DNA of 64,000 bases, taken from a virus. The DNA is taken from positions 1 to 64,000 of IMG/VR virus record IMGVR_UViG_3300017987_000073, one strand, 5' to 3'. The translations under genes and the position numbers were made by a program. Under the pieces are notes generated by a model that ran no database searches, had not been told where the DNA came from, and saw only the letters and a program-made list of their open reading frames with translations. Below are positions 18,823 through 29,538 of the stretch, in pieces (position 1 is the first letter of the stretch; each line of letters starts with the position of its first letter).

Positions 18823-21534
18823 CTAGCCGCAACCGTTGGTGGTGCCGCACGTGGGGCACCGGTGACAAGCGCCGTTCGGCTCCATGATCGAGCCGCAGTT
18901 CGAGCAGGGTGGGCCCGAGACGTGTCGGTGTCGATTACTCGGAACCTCCTCCACCTCGATCGACGGCGTCCTCTCCCCTCGCCGCACCCCGTCCGGAAAC
19001 TCGATCTCGAGCCATCGGAAGATGTAGTCCAGGACGGAGGTAGTCAGTCCGATCTCCTGGTTCGAGCTGTACCCCGCCGGCTCGAACCGGGTCCGGACGA
19101 ACTTCTCCTTCAGCACCTCGAACGGGGCTCCATACTGGAGCGCGATCGACGTCGAGGTCGCCCACGCGTCCAGGAGCCCGGAGACCGTGCTCCCCGTCTT
19201 CGCCATCACCACGAAGATCTCCCCGAGTCGTCCGTCGTCGTGCATCCCCGCCGTCACGTACCCCTCGTGACCGGCGACGTCGATCTTGTGCGTCAAGCTC
19301 CGCCGCGTCCCGGGGAGCTTCCGCCGACCGATCACCTTCTCCGGGGGCGTCCACGCGAGGTCGAGCGTTCGCTTGTTCCCGTTTCCGTTCTTCTTCTTGA
19401 CCTTGGTCTCGAGCGGCTGGGACTCCTTCGACCCGTCCCGGTAGATGGCGATCGACTTCAGTCCCAGGTGCCACGACAGGTCGTAGACCGCCTTGACGTC
19501 CTCCACCGTGGCGTCGGCCGGGAGGTTGACCGTCTTCGAGATCGACCCGCTCAGGAACGGCTGAACCGCCCCCAGCATCCGGACGTGCCCCTCCCAGGGG
19601 ATCGACCTCCCCGCCGTGTCGGGGAGCGCGCAGTCGAAGACCGGGAGGTGCTCCTCCCTCACGACCCCGTCGAGGCGCCCCGTCTCCCGGAGCTGGCGAA
19701 CGGCTCGCTTCATATCACCCACCGGGTACCCGAGCCGCAGGAGCGCCCGATCGACCGCCCGGTTCTCGTAGGTCATCTCCCCGCCCCCGACCAGCTTCTT
19801 CGTCTTCAGAAGCGCCAGATCCGGCTCGATCCCCGTCGTGTCGCAGTCCATCATAAACGCGATCGTCCCCGTCGGCGCGAGTAGGGTCGTTTGAGCGTTC
19901 CGAAACCCGTGCTCCCCCCCGAGCTCGACCGCCTCGTCCCACGCCTCCCGAGCGCGGACGACCAGGTCCACCGGGGCGAGGGCGTACTCCTCCTGAATCG
20001 CCGTCCGGTGCCGATCGATCACGCCCCGCATCGCCGCGGCGTTCGCCGCGTACCCGACGAAGGGCCCCTTGACCGCGGCGATCTCCGCCGCGCGCCGGTA
20101 GGCGACCCCCGTCATCAGAGCGGTCACCCCCGCGGCGAACTCCCGGCCGGCCTCCGAGTCGTAGGGGAGACCTCTCGCCATCAAAGTCGCCCCGAGGTTC
20201 GCGTACCCGAGCCCCAGCGGTCGAAACGTCCGACTGTTCTCGTGGATCCCCTTGGTGGGGTAGCTCGCCCGGTCGACCAGGATCTCCTGGGCGAGGATCA
20301 ACGTCTCCACCGCGTGGGTGAAATGATCGATCAGGAACCCTCCCCCCGAGTCCAAGAACTTCAGGAGGTTGATCGAGGCGAGGTTGCAGGCGCTCTCGTC
20401 CAGGAACATAAACTCCGAACATGGGTTCGAGGCGTTGATCCTCCCGTCCGTCGGGCAGGTATGCCAACGGTTCGCCGCGTCGTCGAACTGGAGTCCAGGA
20501 TCCCCGCACGCGTGCGACGTCTCCGCGATCAGGTCCAGGAGCTCGCGAGCGTTCACCTCCCCGACCTCCTCGCCCGTCTTCCGCGCGATCAGCGGCCACC
20601 TCTCGCCGGCGTCCGCCGCCCGCATAAAGGCGTCCGTCACCCGAATCGAGTGGTTCGCGTTCTGGAAGAACACCGACGCGTAAGCCTCCCCGTCGATCCC
20701 CTCGCCGTACCCCGCCCGCACGAGCGCCCGCGCCTTCTCCTCCTCGGCGCGCTTGCACTTGACGAACTCCACGATGTCCGGGTGGTCGACGTTCAACGAG
20801 ACGATCTTCGCCGCCCGTCGCGTCCGACCCCCCGACTTGATCACGCCGGCGAACGCGTCGTAACCCTTCATAAAGGAGATCGGACCGGACGCGGTCCCGC
20901 CCGTCGAGAGCTGCTCCTCCCGACCGCGCAGGTTGGATAGGTTCACGCCGGCGCCGCTCCCGTACTTGAAGATCATCCCCTCGGTCTTCGCCAGGTCGAG
21001 GATCGACTCCATCGTGTCCTTCACGTGGTTGATGAAGCACGCCGAGCACTGCGGCCGCTCCTCCACCCCCACGTTGAACCAGACCGGGGAGTTGAACGCC
21101 GCCCGCTGCGTCACCAGGAGGTGGGCGAGCTCGGCCTCAAACGCCCCTCGATCTTCACCCACCTCGAAGTACCCGTCCGCCAACCCCCAGTCGGCGATCG
21201 TCCGGACGACCCGCTCGATCAACCCCCGAACCGAGTCCTCCCGCTCCGGCGTCCCGAGGCGCCCGCGAAGGTACTTCGAAGCGACCACGTTGACCGCCAT
21301 CTGACTCCAGTTCTCCGGCGCCTCGACCCCCGTTTGCTCGAAGACCACCCCGCCCTTCCCCTCGATCCTCGCGTCGCGTCGCTTCCACGGTCCCGCCCCC
21401 TCGAAGACCCGATCCAACCATTCACCCCTCTCGGTGAAGAGTCGCTTGACCCTCCTCCGAGGTCCCATCTCCTCGCGCGTCTCCGTCCTCCTGACTTCCT
21501 TGACTTCCGTCGTGACCGTGAGCTCCGGTGCCAT
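18823..21534 (-). CDS. nrdJ: class II (B12-dependent) ribonucleotide reductase with C-terminal TSCPD-like domain and Zn ribbon
   Basis: FNSPVWFN, QCSACFI, GGRTRRAAK, SNPCSE, CNLAS, APTGTI, SGSISKTVN. Confidence 0.95.
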   Translation of the reverse strand: MAPELTVTTEVKEVRRTETREEMGPRRRVKRLFTERGEWLDRVFEGAGPWKRRDARIEGKGGVVFEQTGVEAPENWSQMAVNVVASKYLRGRLGTPEREDSVRGLIERVVRTIADWGLADGYFEVGEDRGAFEAELAHLLVTQRAAFNSPVWFNVGVEERPQCSACFINHVKDTMESILDLAKTEGMIFKYGSGAGVNLSNLRGREEQLSTGGTASGPISFMKGYDAFAGVIKSGGRTRRAAKIVSLNVDHPDIVEFVKCKRAEEEKARALVRAGYGEGIDGEAYASVFFQNANHSIRVTDAFMRAADAGERWPLIARKTGEEVGEVNARELLDLIAETSHACGDPGLQFDDAANRWHTCPTDGRINASNPCSEFMFLDESACNLASINLLKFLDSGGGFLIDHFTHAVETLILAQEILVDRASYPTKGIHENSRTFRPLGLGYANLGATLMARGLPYDSEAGREFAAGVTALMTGVAYRRAAEIAAVKGPFVGYAANAAAMRGVIDRHRTAIQEEYALAPVDLVVRAREAWDEAVELGGEHGFRNAQTTLLAPTGTIAFMMDCDTTGIEPDLALLKTKKLVGGGEMTYENRAVDRALLRLGYPVGDMKRAVRQLRETGRLDGVVREEHLPVFDCALPDTAGRSIPWEGHVRMLGAVQPFLSGSISKTVNLPADATVEDVKAVYDLSWHLGLKSIAIYRDGSKESQPLETKVKKKNGNGNKRTLDLAWTPPEKVIGRRKLPGTRRSLTHKIDVAGHEGYVTAGMHDDGRLGEIFVVMAKTGSTVSGLLDAWATSTSIALQYGAPFEVLKEKFVRTRFEPAGYSSNQEIGLTTSVLDYIFRWLEIEFPDGVRRGERTPSIEVEEVPSNRHRHVSGPPCSNCGSIMEPNGACHRCPTCGTTNGCG

Positions 21535-21542
21535 CTCTCCTC

Positions 21543-21902
21543 CTAGAATCCGCAGGCGTCCAGGCGCCTGATGAACTTGGTTTTGAACTGCTCGAGCGTC
21601 CAGCTCGACGCCGGCGTGCTCCCCCCCTCGAACTCCTCGGAACAGAATCGGGCGATCTCGCCGGCGATCCGCCGATCCTCCGGCGCCAATCTCTTGATGA
21701 ACAGCGAAACGTCGAAGATCCCCTCCTCCACCGGACTCCACCGGATCAACGACGACAACTTCTCCAGGTCGTACCGCCGCGCGAACGACGGTCGCTCCCA
21801 CTTCCCGAACCTCTTGACGAACTCCTCGTCCCCCTCCGTCGCCTCCCTGACCCGCTGCACCGCGCTCTCGACCAAATTGTCCACGACCGAACCCTTCGAC
21901 AT
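21543..21902 (-). CDS. hypothetical protein
   Basis: GAGGAG SD, 119 aa. Confidence 0.6.
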   Translation of the reverse strand: MSKGSVVDNLVESAVQRVREATEGDEEFVKRFGKWERPSFARRYDLEKLSSLIRWSPVEEGIFDVSLFIKRLAPEDRRIAGEIARFCSEEFEGGSTPASSWTLEQFKTKFIRRLDACGF

Positions 21903-22199
21903 TCGGCTCCTCCTCTCGTTACTGGTTGCAGTCGCCGCAGACGTAGATCCGCGGCGAGTCGGGTCCGGCGTTGGGTGGGATCGTCTTGAGCTTGGAGGCG
22001 GGGAACTCGCGACCGCAGCGAACGCAGGTGATCAGCTTCTCACCGAACAGAGATCCCGGATCTTCCTCCGGTTTCGATCTCCTCGGTCTTATTGCGTTTC
22101 TCCTGCCGGATGGCGCGATCTTCACGGAACGAACTCCTCGCGAACCCTCCCAGCTTACCCACCCGCTGGACCCTTCGACAGGTTAATGGTTTCATAAAA

Positions 22200-22889
22200 T
22201 CAAGGTGTGATTATCCGCCGCTCACCCGGGGGCGGGAGCTTCGGTCCACCCTCCTCGTCCAGCTTCGCCAGCCGCGACTCGAGCTGCTCCACGAGCTCGC
22301 TCACCTCCTTCGAGAGGGCGATCCCAGAAGCCCGAACCTCCTCGACGAACTCCCGCGCCCGCTCCAGATCCCGCGCCTGGAGGTACAGCGAGAGCACCAT
22401 CGGCACGTCCACCGCCTCCGAACCGAGCTCCCCGGAGAGCTCCCGGAGCCGCGCGGCGATCTCGAGCCGCCGGTCGTTCTCGACCCCCTCGCTCTGCGCC
22501 TCCTGCGCCAGCGCGGCGCGCTCCTTCATCAGGTCCGCCTTCCGCTGCACCGCCTCGCGCGTCCCGCCGTCCCACCCCGCGTGGTTGGCGTCGAGCCACT
22601 GCTCGATACAGTTGATCACCGTCGAGGCGGAGTTGTTCGCCCGCACGAGCTCCCGAACGGTCTTCGAGATCTTGTTCTGCTCCGCCGCGAAGGTGTGGAA
22701 GTTCGTCGTCAAGTCGTCGACCTTCCGAACGAGCGCCGGGAACTCCCCCTCGAGCCGCGCCACCTTCTCCGCGAGCTCCTTTCTCTTCTTGCCCTCCAGT
22801 TGCGCCCCGAGGACCTTGATGTCGCTCAACTGCTCCTTGACCTCGGCGATCTCCTTCTCCAGATCTCGCTTCGTTTTCGTCGCGCTCAT
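22200..22889 (-). CDS. coiled-coil hypothetical protein
   Basis: heptad-rich, 229 aa. Confidence 0.7.
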   Translation of the reverse strand: MSATKTKRDLEKEIAEVKEQLSDIKVLGAQLEGKKRKELAEKVARLEGEFPALVRKVDDLTTNFHTFAAEQNKISKTVRELVRANNSASTVINCIEQWLDANHAGWDGGTREAVQRKADLMKERAALAQEAQSEGVENDRRLEIAARLRELSGELGSEAVDVPMVLSLYLQARDLERAREFVEEVRASGIALSKEVSELVEQLESRLAKLDEEGGPKLPPPGERRIITP

Positions 22890-23233
22890 TCGCTCCCTCC
22901 TATCAGGCGAAGCACCGCCTCCGCCTCGTTGGTCATCATCGCGTGCACCACCCGGGCCACCACCCGCCAGAACGCCCCGCCCTGGCGGTCCCGCGGAAGA
23001 TCGAGATCCCGGTCGTCCTGGAGGAGCTCGAGGTGTTGATCCACCGAAAGCACCGGCCCGAGCGTCCGGAGCCTCTCCTCCGGCTCCGGAGCCGAGACGT
23101 TCCCCGCGACCAGCGCCTTCCCCAGGTCCCGCGCCACCTCCTCCGGGCAGTCCCTCAGCTCGCCCTCGACCCGCGCCCGCTCCAGGAGCCAGGCGAGCGT
23201 CGAGCTTCTGATCACCGCGTAGCCGTCGCTCAT
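22886..23233 (-). CDS. hypothetical protein
   Basis: start MSDGYAV with ATGA overlap. Confidence 0.55.
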   Translation of the reverse strand: MSDGYAVIRSSTLAWLLERARVEGELRDCPEEVARDLGKALVAGNVSAPEPEERLRTLGPVLSVDQHLELLQDDRDLDLPRDRQGGAFWRVVARVVHAMMTNEAEAVLRLIGGSE

Positions 23234-23913
23234 TCCAACCCCCTCGCGTCGAACCGCGCCGGTCCGAGCCCGACCCCCGGGAAGTGCTTGTGACGCTCCG
23301 TCCCGTCCGCCAAGTCGACCAACTTCTTCGCGGCCCCCTCCACCGGCGCCGTCTCCGCGTCCACCGGGACCTCCGCCTCGGGCAGTCGCCGCACCCCGAC
23401 CAGCTCCGGAGCCAGCAGGTGGTAGACCCCCAAGTTCGGCGGTCGGTGCCAATAGTCGAGGGCGATCCGGAGCGCGTGGTCCATCACCTCGTGGATCTGC
23501 ACCTTCGCCCGCGTGGTGAAGGACGAGGGCTCACTCGTCGTCCCCAGCGTCACGAACCGCTTGACCGGCGCGCCGGCGTTCACCAGGTTCAGGAGAAGGT
23601 CGACCCCGCCGTTGACGTACCCGCTCCACGCCACCCGGTAGAGGGCCCACTCCCGCTCCACCGGGTGTCGACACGCCAGGTGAATCACCGCCTCGACCTC
23701 CCCGAACCGCTCCACCTGGAAGTGCGCGTGGTTCACGTCCGCCCGGACGTAGGTCACCGAATGCTGTGGGTTCCGGAACTTCGGCTCCTCCCCCTCGTCC
23801 AGCCAGCACGTCGAGTGATCGTCCACCACGATCGCTCGGTGCCCCCGCTCGACCAACTCGTCGACCACGTGGGACCCCACGAATCCGCACCCACCCGGGA
23901 TCAGAACGATCAT
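23230..23913 (-). CDS. NAD-dependent epimerase/dehydratase family protein (degenerate C-terminal half)
   Basis: GGCGFVGSHVVDELV..VVDD..VIHLA; no clear YxxxK. Confidence 0.8.
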   Translation of the reverse strand: MIVLIPGGCGFVGSHVVDELVERGHRAIVVDDHSTCWLDEGEEPKFRNPQHSVTYVRADVNHAHFQVERFGEVEAVIHLACRHPVEREWALYRVAWSGYVNGGVDLLLNLVNAGAPVKRFVTLGTTSEPSSFTTRAKVQIHEVMDHALRIALDYWHRPPNLGVYHLLAPELVGVRRLPEAEVPVDAETAPVEGAAKKLVDLADGTERHKHFPGVGLGPARFDARGLE

Positions 23914-24924
23914 CGGTGAGCTCCGATCCGGCGCTTCCGCCGCGTCGTCTTCCTCACCCGCTTTGCGCTCCGCTTCGGCTTCAGAGTGATCGTCTGCGCG
24001 ATCACGTCGACGCTAGCCACCTCCATCCACCACCCCTTTACCGGCCCGACTTCGTCGCCGACGTTGAACCGGGGCCACCCGTCGGGAACGGCGGTTCCCG
24101 GGAGCGGCTCGCTGTCCGGCTCGAGCTCCTCCACCCTCTTCTTCGCTCGAGCGAGCACCTGCTCCACCGTCTCCGGAGGCTTCCTCGGCGGGAGGATTTT
24201 CTCCACCCCGTCCTTCAGGTCCTTCGCCACCTCGTGCAACCTTCCAGTATCTGGGTTCATTTTCCATCTCCTTCAACTTCGCGAAAACCGGGGTCGCGTC
24301 CGGCGCGTGTTTCTTCAGGAGCTCGCGGAGCTCCCGGATCTCACGACGTCCGTCCTCCAGGTGGAAGGTCGTCAACCGATCGACGCTCTCGTCCAGAGGA
24401 GCGCGACCACCTCCTCCTCCATCCGATCGGTCTGCTCCCCCTCCCCGGTCCGGGCCCGCTGGAGCGCCAAGCGGAGCGCCTCCCGCGCCGGTGAGTTGTT
24501 CACCTGCGTCTCGTCGTCGAGACCGATCAGATCCTCGTCCACCTCGATCTCGAACTCGTGCATCACCGCCGGCCGGTACACCCGGACGTAGAACGAGCTA
24601 ACTCCCATAGCTCTCCTCCCAGTAGTGAGGCGACTCCAAGGCGAGCGCCTCGAGCTCCTCCACCGTCCGCTCCTCCGTCCCCGCGTCCTTGGCTTCGTCG
24701 CACATGAACTCCCCGTGCCAGCACGCGGCCCGGTGACAAGCGGCACAGACCGTCACCGTCCGCACCTCCTCACACCACGACGTCACCCCAAGGTTGTCCA
24801 GGAGGTTCCACAGAACCTCGTTCAACGCCTTCGGATCCTCCTCCTCGAGATCGACCGTGGTCTCCGCCGTGTCCTCGTTCCCGTTTCCCCGCGAAACCGA
24901 GACACCCACCTTGAACCGCTTCAC
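23910..24924 (-). other. four small hypothetical genes (23910-24260, about 24257-24375 frameshifted, 24372-24608, 24598-24924)
   Basis: coupled ORFs. Confidence 0.5.
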
Positions 24925-26066
24925 TTGATCCTCCAGGACTTCAACTCGCGGTCGAGTCGCCCGTTCGTCGCCGGCCCGGCGTCCCCGTCCACCTTCAACC
25001 CTCGCCCTCGCTGGAAGATCCGCACCGATCGTCGAACCAGGTTCGGGTCGGCCTCGACCCCTCCCACGTAGTAACCGAGGCGATGCAGCGCCTCGATCGT
25101 CTCGTGGGGCGTGTCGATCACCCCCTCGATCCTCCGGGGATCGAAGTCGTCGATATCCTCCTCCGCCCGATCGGCCTGACGCTCGTCGAGCTCCTGGATC
25201 ATCCACGGATCGTCGTCGTCCTTGAATCCGTCCTCGACGTCGTCGTACTCGGCGAGCCAGACCAGATCGTCCACGTGCGTCTTGTCGAAGAGCACCGCGT
25301 TCCGGAGCTCGTGGAGATCCACCGGGAGGACGACGTCGTTCTTGTGGGGGTTCACGTTGTGGTGAGCGAGCATCCAGAGCGGATCTAGCGACTCGGGGTA
25401 CAACGCGTTCAGGTACCGCAGGATCGTGATCACCGTGGCCAACGACCCGCGGGAGAACGACTCCCAGAAGGACACGCCGCCCGACGTCTTGATCCGGATC
25501 ACCTTCATCCCCGCCGGGATCTTGGTCGTCCACTGCTCAGGCCACCAGTAGAAGTCGAGATCCTCGACGTCGTGACTCCCGAACTTGAAGAACTCGTCCC
25601 GCGTGATGTTCTCCGGGTTCGGACTCTTTCCCTTCAGGCACGGACGCAGAATCCCCGCGTTGCGAATCTCGGTCCCCGCGAGGTACCGATTGACGTGCCC
25701 CGCGTGCCACGAGGGTTGATAGGGGGGAACCACCTGCACAGCCTCCGCCCGGAGGTCATTGTCGAGCTCGAGCTCCTTCCGGAGCGCGTCGAAGCGCCGG
25801 TCGAGCGCCTTCGCGATCACCCAGTTGGAGGACGCCCGGTGCCCGAGCACGAAGTGTCGGATCGTCCCGGAGTACTTGACCCCCGCCGTGAAGTGGAGTA
25901 TGTGCCCGATCGGGTGCTCGTACAGCCACTCGTCGTAGCAATTCCCCGTCGGCCAGTGGGGGTGAAGCGTCTTCATCGCGACCCGAACGTACTCGGCCGA
26001 GTAGGCGGCGAACCTCTCGAAGAAGTCCTTCGCCTCCGCCTTGGTGTAGTGCGTCACTCTGTTCAT
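24921..26066 (-). CDS. endolysin: N-acetylmuramoyl-L-alanine amidase plus C-terminal peptidoglycan-binding domain
   Basis: ILHFTAG, SWHAG, GTEI, AHH; LHRLGY..FQRGRGLKVDGDAGPAT. Confidence 0.85.
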   Translation of the reverse strand: MNRVTHYTKAEAKDFFERFAAYSAEYVRVAMKTLHPHWPTGNCYDEWLYEHPIGHILHFTAGVKYSGTIRHFVLGHRASSNWVIAKALDRRFDALRKELELDNDLRAEAVQVVPPYQPSWHAGHVNRYLAGTEIRNAGILRPCLKGKSPNPENITRDEFFKFGSHDVEDLDFYWWPEQWTTKIPAGMKVIRIKTSGGVSFWESFSRGSLATVITILRYLNALYPESLDPLWMLAHHNVNPHKNDVVLPVDLHELRNAVLFDKTHVDDLVWLAEYDDVEDGFKDDDDPWMIQELDERQADRAEEDIDDFDPRRIEGVIDTPHETIEALHRLGYYVGGVEADPNLVRRSVRIFQRGRGLKVDGDAGPATNGRLDRELKSWRIK

Positions 26067-26458
26067 TCTCGTCTCCTGTCCACGACCACGATCACGTCGT
26101 ACACTCGCACGGGCGGACCGGGGTCGACGAAGTCCCTTATCCAGTGATCCGTCTCCTCGTTCCTCCGCTTCCGGAGGAGAAGTCGAATCTCGATCATCGT
26201 CAACCGAACGAACCCCGGGGGGTTGCCCCTAACCCTGGTCCGCCTCCGGATCTGACTCCGGACGCGGGAGAGGATCTGGTGAACCCGCTTGACCGGAGGC
26301 GAGGCGTACCCGTACCCCGGACACTCCTTGCACGTCGCCCCGCAACTCGGGCACCGACACCCCCGATCCACGAGGGGTCGATCCGGTGGCGTCGGGCAGT
26401 CACACGCCATCTTCCTCAGTCGCCCCGCCTGCAAAGCGAAGTTGTCGTCCACGTCCAT
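26063..26458 (-). CDS. Cys-rich hypothetical protein
   Basis: CxC/CxxC clusters. Confidence 0.5.
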   Translation of the reverse strand: MDVDDNFALQAGRLRKMACDCPTPPDRPLVDRGCRCPSCGATCKECPGYGYASPPVKRVHQILSRVRSQIRRRTRVRGNPPGFVRLTMIEIRLLLRKRRNEETDHWIRDFVDPGPPVRVYDVIVVVDRRRE

Positions 26459-26489
26459 CTTGCAGTACAGTTCCCGATCCTCCCCGGCT

Positions 26490-26924
26490 TCACTTCGACC
26501 GGTAGTACAACGTGACCTCGCTCAACGCCCGAGGTTTCCCGAGTTTCCTCCAGAGTCCCACCGAGAGGTCGACTACCGCGCGCCACCTCCACCCCGGGGG
26601 CGGCCGCCGCTTCACCCAGACCTTCCACCGTCCCTCGGCGACCGCCCGCTTCAGCTTCCCGCGGTAGATCCCGAAGGGCCCGGCGTCCTGCACCGTCGCC
26701 CACTCGCATCTCTTCGTCCGCCTCGCGCAGACCAGAACCGGCGTCCCGCACCCGATCCGCCACCACTTCCGGTGAGCAATGTGAACCTGATCCTCCGTGA
26801 ACTCCCCGCCGCAGGCCAGCTCGCCGGAATTGAACCCGTCCCCCGGTCGATAGACCGAGAGTCGCCCCCGCTCCATCTCGTACCCCGAGGAGAGCAGGCT
26901 CAGGATCACCGCCACCCAACTCAT
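26490..26924 (-). CDS. RlpA-like double-psi beta-barrel protein (lytic transglycosylase-like)
   Basis: ACG, IAHR, CGTPVLV, VQDAGP, VDLS; N-terminal hydrophobic stretch. Confidence 0.75.
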   Translation of the reverse strand: MSWVAVILSLLSSGYEMERGRLSVYRPGDGFNSGELACGGEFTEDQVHIAHRKWWRIGCGTPVLVCARRTKRCEWATVQDAGPFGIYRGKLKRAVAEGRWKVWVKRRPPPGWRWRAVVDLSVGLWRKLGKPRALSEVTLYYRSK

Positions 26925-27558
26925 CGAACCCGCTCCAACCAACGGTCGACGCCCCCGCGGATCCCGCGGAGCGCCGCGTCCTGCTTCTCCGTAACGTGGG
27001 ACTCCGTGTCGATCCACTCCACGATCCCCTCCACCTTCTCCTGAACCTCCTCCGCGAACTCCTCGGCCCCCAGCGGGAGCCGCCCGCTCTCCGCGTGCTC
27101 CCTCAACAGGTTGAGATCCGCGACCAACTCCTCACCGAAGTCGACCGCCTCGTCCGGTGTTATCATCATTGCACCTCCGCTAACCGCTTGACCCGCGGTT
27201 TCCGCTGCATCTTAACCCGAGTTACACCCTTCTCCGCAAGCGTTCGATGTAAGGTTTCGTACACCTCGAGCCGCCGGCGAACCTCCCGCACGATCGCCGG
27301 CGGGAGAAGTTCCCACCCCCGACGTCCGAGCTCGTCTATCAACTCCGACGCCGGGAGCCGCCGCGGGATCTGCCCGAGCACCGTCGAGACGATCTCCGCC
27401 CCCACCTTCTTCCCGATCTTGTCCCCGGAGTAGCTCTCGACCACCTCGGCGACCGCACCCTCGACCGCCGACTCGAGGGAGTCCCGGAAGAGTCCCGTCG
27501 CGACGTCCTCGAGCTCCACGCGGTCCCCGCCCCGCAAGTCGTCGTACATCTCAGCCAT
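26921..27558 (-). other. two hypothetical genes (26921-27169, 27166-27558)
   Basis: coupled ORFs. Confidence 0.55.
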
Positions 27559-28242
27559 CTCCGACCTCCTTCGCGAACGGCTGATCCAGCACGTTCACGG
27601 GTTGCTGCTTCGTCGTCCGCAGGAAGCCCCGACGCTCCGACTCCGGGAGGTCCTCCAGCTTCACCTCACCGGCGCGGATCCGGAGCTCCGTCCGAAGGAG
27701 CTGGGCGATCACGTAGGCGTCCGCCACGTTCCCCGCGGCCCCGTCCGTCTTCCCGAACTCCAGGAAGTTCCGACCCTCCCACTTGTCCCGACACGCGAGG
27801 ACCATGTCCGCCTTCTCGGCGTCCCCCCGCCCCGTAGCGAAGATCTTGACCCCCTGGACGTCGTAGGCCCTGAAGGGGATCCCCAGAAGCAGGAGCTCGA
27901 TCCTCACGAGCCCCCCGACCTCTCCGAGCGAGTGCGCGAACGCCTTCCGCGCCAGAGCGTAGTCCTCGAGCGCCGCGTGGGTCGGCTTCCACTTCGCCAG
28001 GAACGCCCCCAGGTTGACCCGCAGGTCCGCCAACCGAAGCACTCGCCCGAGCTCGTCCCCCGCCTTCACCTCCCGCGGCGCGAGCGCGCCGAGTTCCCTC
28101 TGCTTCTTGCGGCGGTCTTGTTGTCGGCGTAGTACATCAGATCGACCAGCGCGCCGTCGACCAACGCGACGGCCGCCGTCCCGCGCGCCGACTGATCGAT
28201 CCCGACCAACGGTCCGGACCCCGCTCCGATCAGTCGCTTCAC
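27551..28242 (-). CDS. RuvC-like Holliday junction resolvase, frameshifted near 28108
   Basis: VGIDQS in one frame; LEDYA, VKIFATGRGDAEKADM, NVADAY in the -1 frame. Confidence 0.8.
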
Positions 28243-29105
28243 CGCTTCCTCCTGTCTTCCATCAACCGCCTCGCCGCGGCCCGCACCTGCTCCGGATCCC
28301 GCTCCACGTAGTAACAGACCCGCTTCGCTCGATCCGCCGCGACCAACGTCGTCCCCGTCCCCCCGAAGAGGTCCATAACCAGACCCCCCTGGGTGCTCCC
28401 GGTCCGTACGAGCTTCTCGATCACGTCCAGCGGCTTCTGAGCTCGGTTCAAGAACTCCCCGTCCTCCCTCCGAAGTCGCTCGACGGTGTGCACCACCGGC
28501 CGCTCGACCCACCACGGGCAAACCACCGGGAAGAACTCCCCGTCTGGCGCCGCGACGAACCAGCTCCGCTGCTTCGGGAGGTTGTCCAGATAGAAGGGAG
28601 CCCCGACCCCCGAGCTCATCACCAGGAATTCGCATGCCGAGGCGACGCAGGCCTTTCTGATCGAGTGTGGCGGGTTCGACTTGGCCCACACGTAGGTGGG
28701 CCACACCTTGAGACCCACCGACCGGAGCGCCCGCTTCACGTCGGAGAGCCACCAGTCCGAGGTCCAGACCCACACGTTCGCGTGTGGCGCCAGACGTCCC
28801 GCCGCGGACGCCAACCGCTGGAGGAGTTCCTCCATCTGCGCGTCGTCGACTTTGTCCCACTTCTCCTCGAAGTGCTGGTCCTTCCGATCCCTCCGCTCCT
28901 TGGAGTTGGTCTTCAGGGACGTCAATCGACTCGCCACGTCGGCGAGTTGGTAGGGCGGATCGGCGACCACGAGCTCGACGTTCCCGATCCCGATCAGGTC
29001 CTTCAGGAACTTCGCGTCCGTGGCGTCCCCGCAAGCGACCACGTGACCCACCTCCGGGTCCTCCCAGACGAACCCGGGAGCTATCTCCGCGCGCAGGTTC
29101 TTCAT
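28239..29105 (-). CDS. N6-adenine/N4-cytosine DNA methyltransferase (beta order)
   Basis: DPPY, QKP, DLFGGTGTT. Confidence 0.92.
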   Translation of the reverse strand: MKNLRAEIAPGFVWEDPEVGHVVACGDATDAKFLKDLIGIGNVELVVADPPYQLADVASRLTSLKTNSKERRDRKDQHFEEKWDKVDDAQMEELLQRLASAAGRLAPHANVWVWTSDWWLSDVKRALRSVGLKVWPTYVWAKSNPPHSIRKACVASACEFLVMSSGVGAPFYLDNLPKQRSWFVAAPDGEFFPVVCPWWVERPVVHTVERLRREDGEFLNRAQKPLDVIEKLVRTGSTQGGLVMDLFGGTGTTLVAADRAKRVCYYVERDPEQVRAAARRLMEDRRKR

Positions 29106-29108
29106 CGG

Positions 29109-29528
29109 TTAGAAGGGGATATCGTCGTCGAAGGGTGAGTCGCCGTATTCTTTCCCATCGCCTCGATCGGACTCCTCGGACGTCCGCTCCGACTTGGGCT
29201 TACCCAGGAAGATCACGTTCTCCGCGACGACCTCGGTGATCCACCGCCGTTCGCCGTCCTTGTCCTCCCAGCTCCGAGTCTCGATCCGTCCCTCGACGTA
29301 AACTTGCTGACCCTTCACGAGCCACTCGTGACACTTCTCCCCGAGCGCCCCCCACGCGACGACCTTGTGCCAGGTGGTCTTCTCGTTCCAGTTGTCGTCC
29401 TTGCCCTTCCACGACCGACTCGTCGCAATCGCGAAGTTGCAGATCGCCGTCCCGCTCGAGATGTACCGAAGCTCGGGGTCCGCCCCGAGCCGTCCGAGCA
29501 AGGTCACCTTGTTGACCGTCTTCTCCAT
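29109..29528 (-). CDS. ssb: single-stranded DNA-binding protein
   Basis: VNKVTLLGRLGADPELRY...VYVEGRIETRSW...DDDIPF. Confidence 0.97.
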   Translation of the reverse strand: MEKTVNKVTLLGRLGADPELRYISSGTAICNFAIATSRSWKGKDDNWNEKTTWHKVVAWGALGEKCHEWLVKGQQVYVEGRIETRSWEDKDGERRWITEVVAENVIFLGKPKSERTSEESDRGDGKEYGDSPFDDDIPF

Positions 29529-29538
29529 CGAATCCTCC

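Noticed and set aside
18823-21534. Inteins or introns in NrdJ (also considered for PolB and DnaB)
   Set aside because: Motifs are contiguous and no intein splice-junction or LAGLIDADG signature is visible
21535-22200. Cobalamin riboswitch or NrdR box upstream of nrdJ
   Set aside because: No B12 box or NrdR consensus recognisable; region is mostly coding
28066-28110. Programmed -1 frameshift in RuvC
   Set aside because: No X XXY YYZ heptamer; same pattern as other probable indel errors
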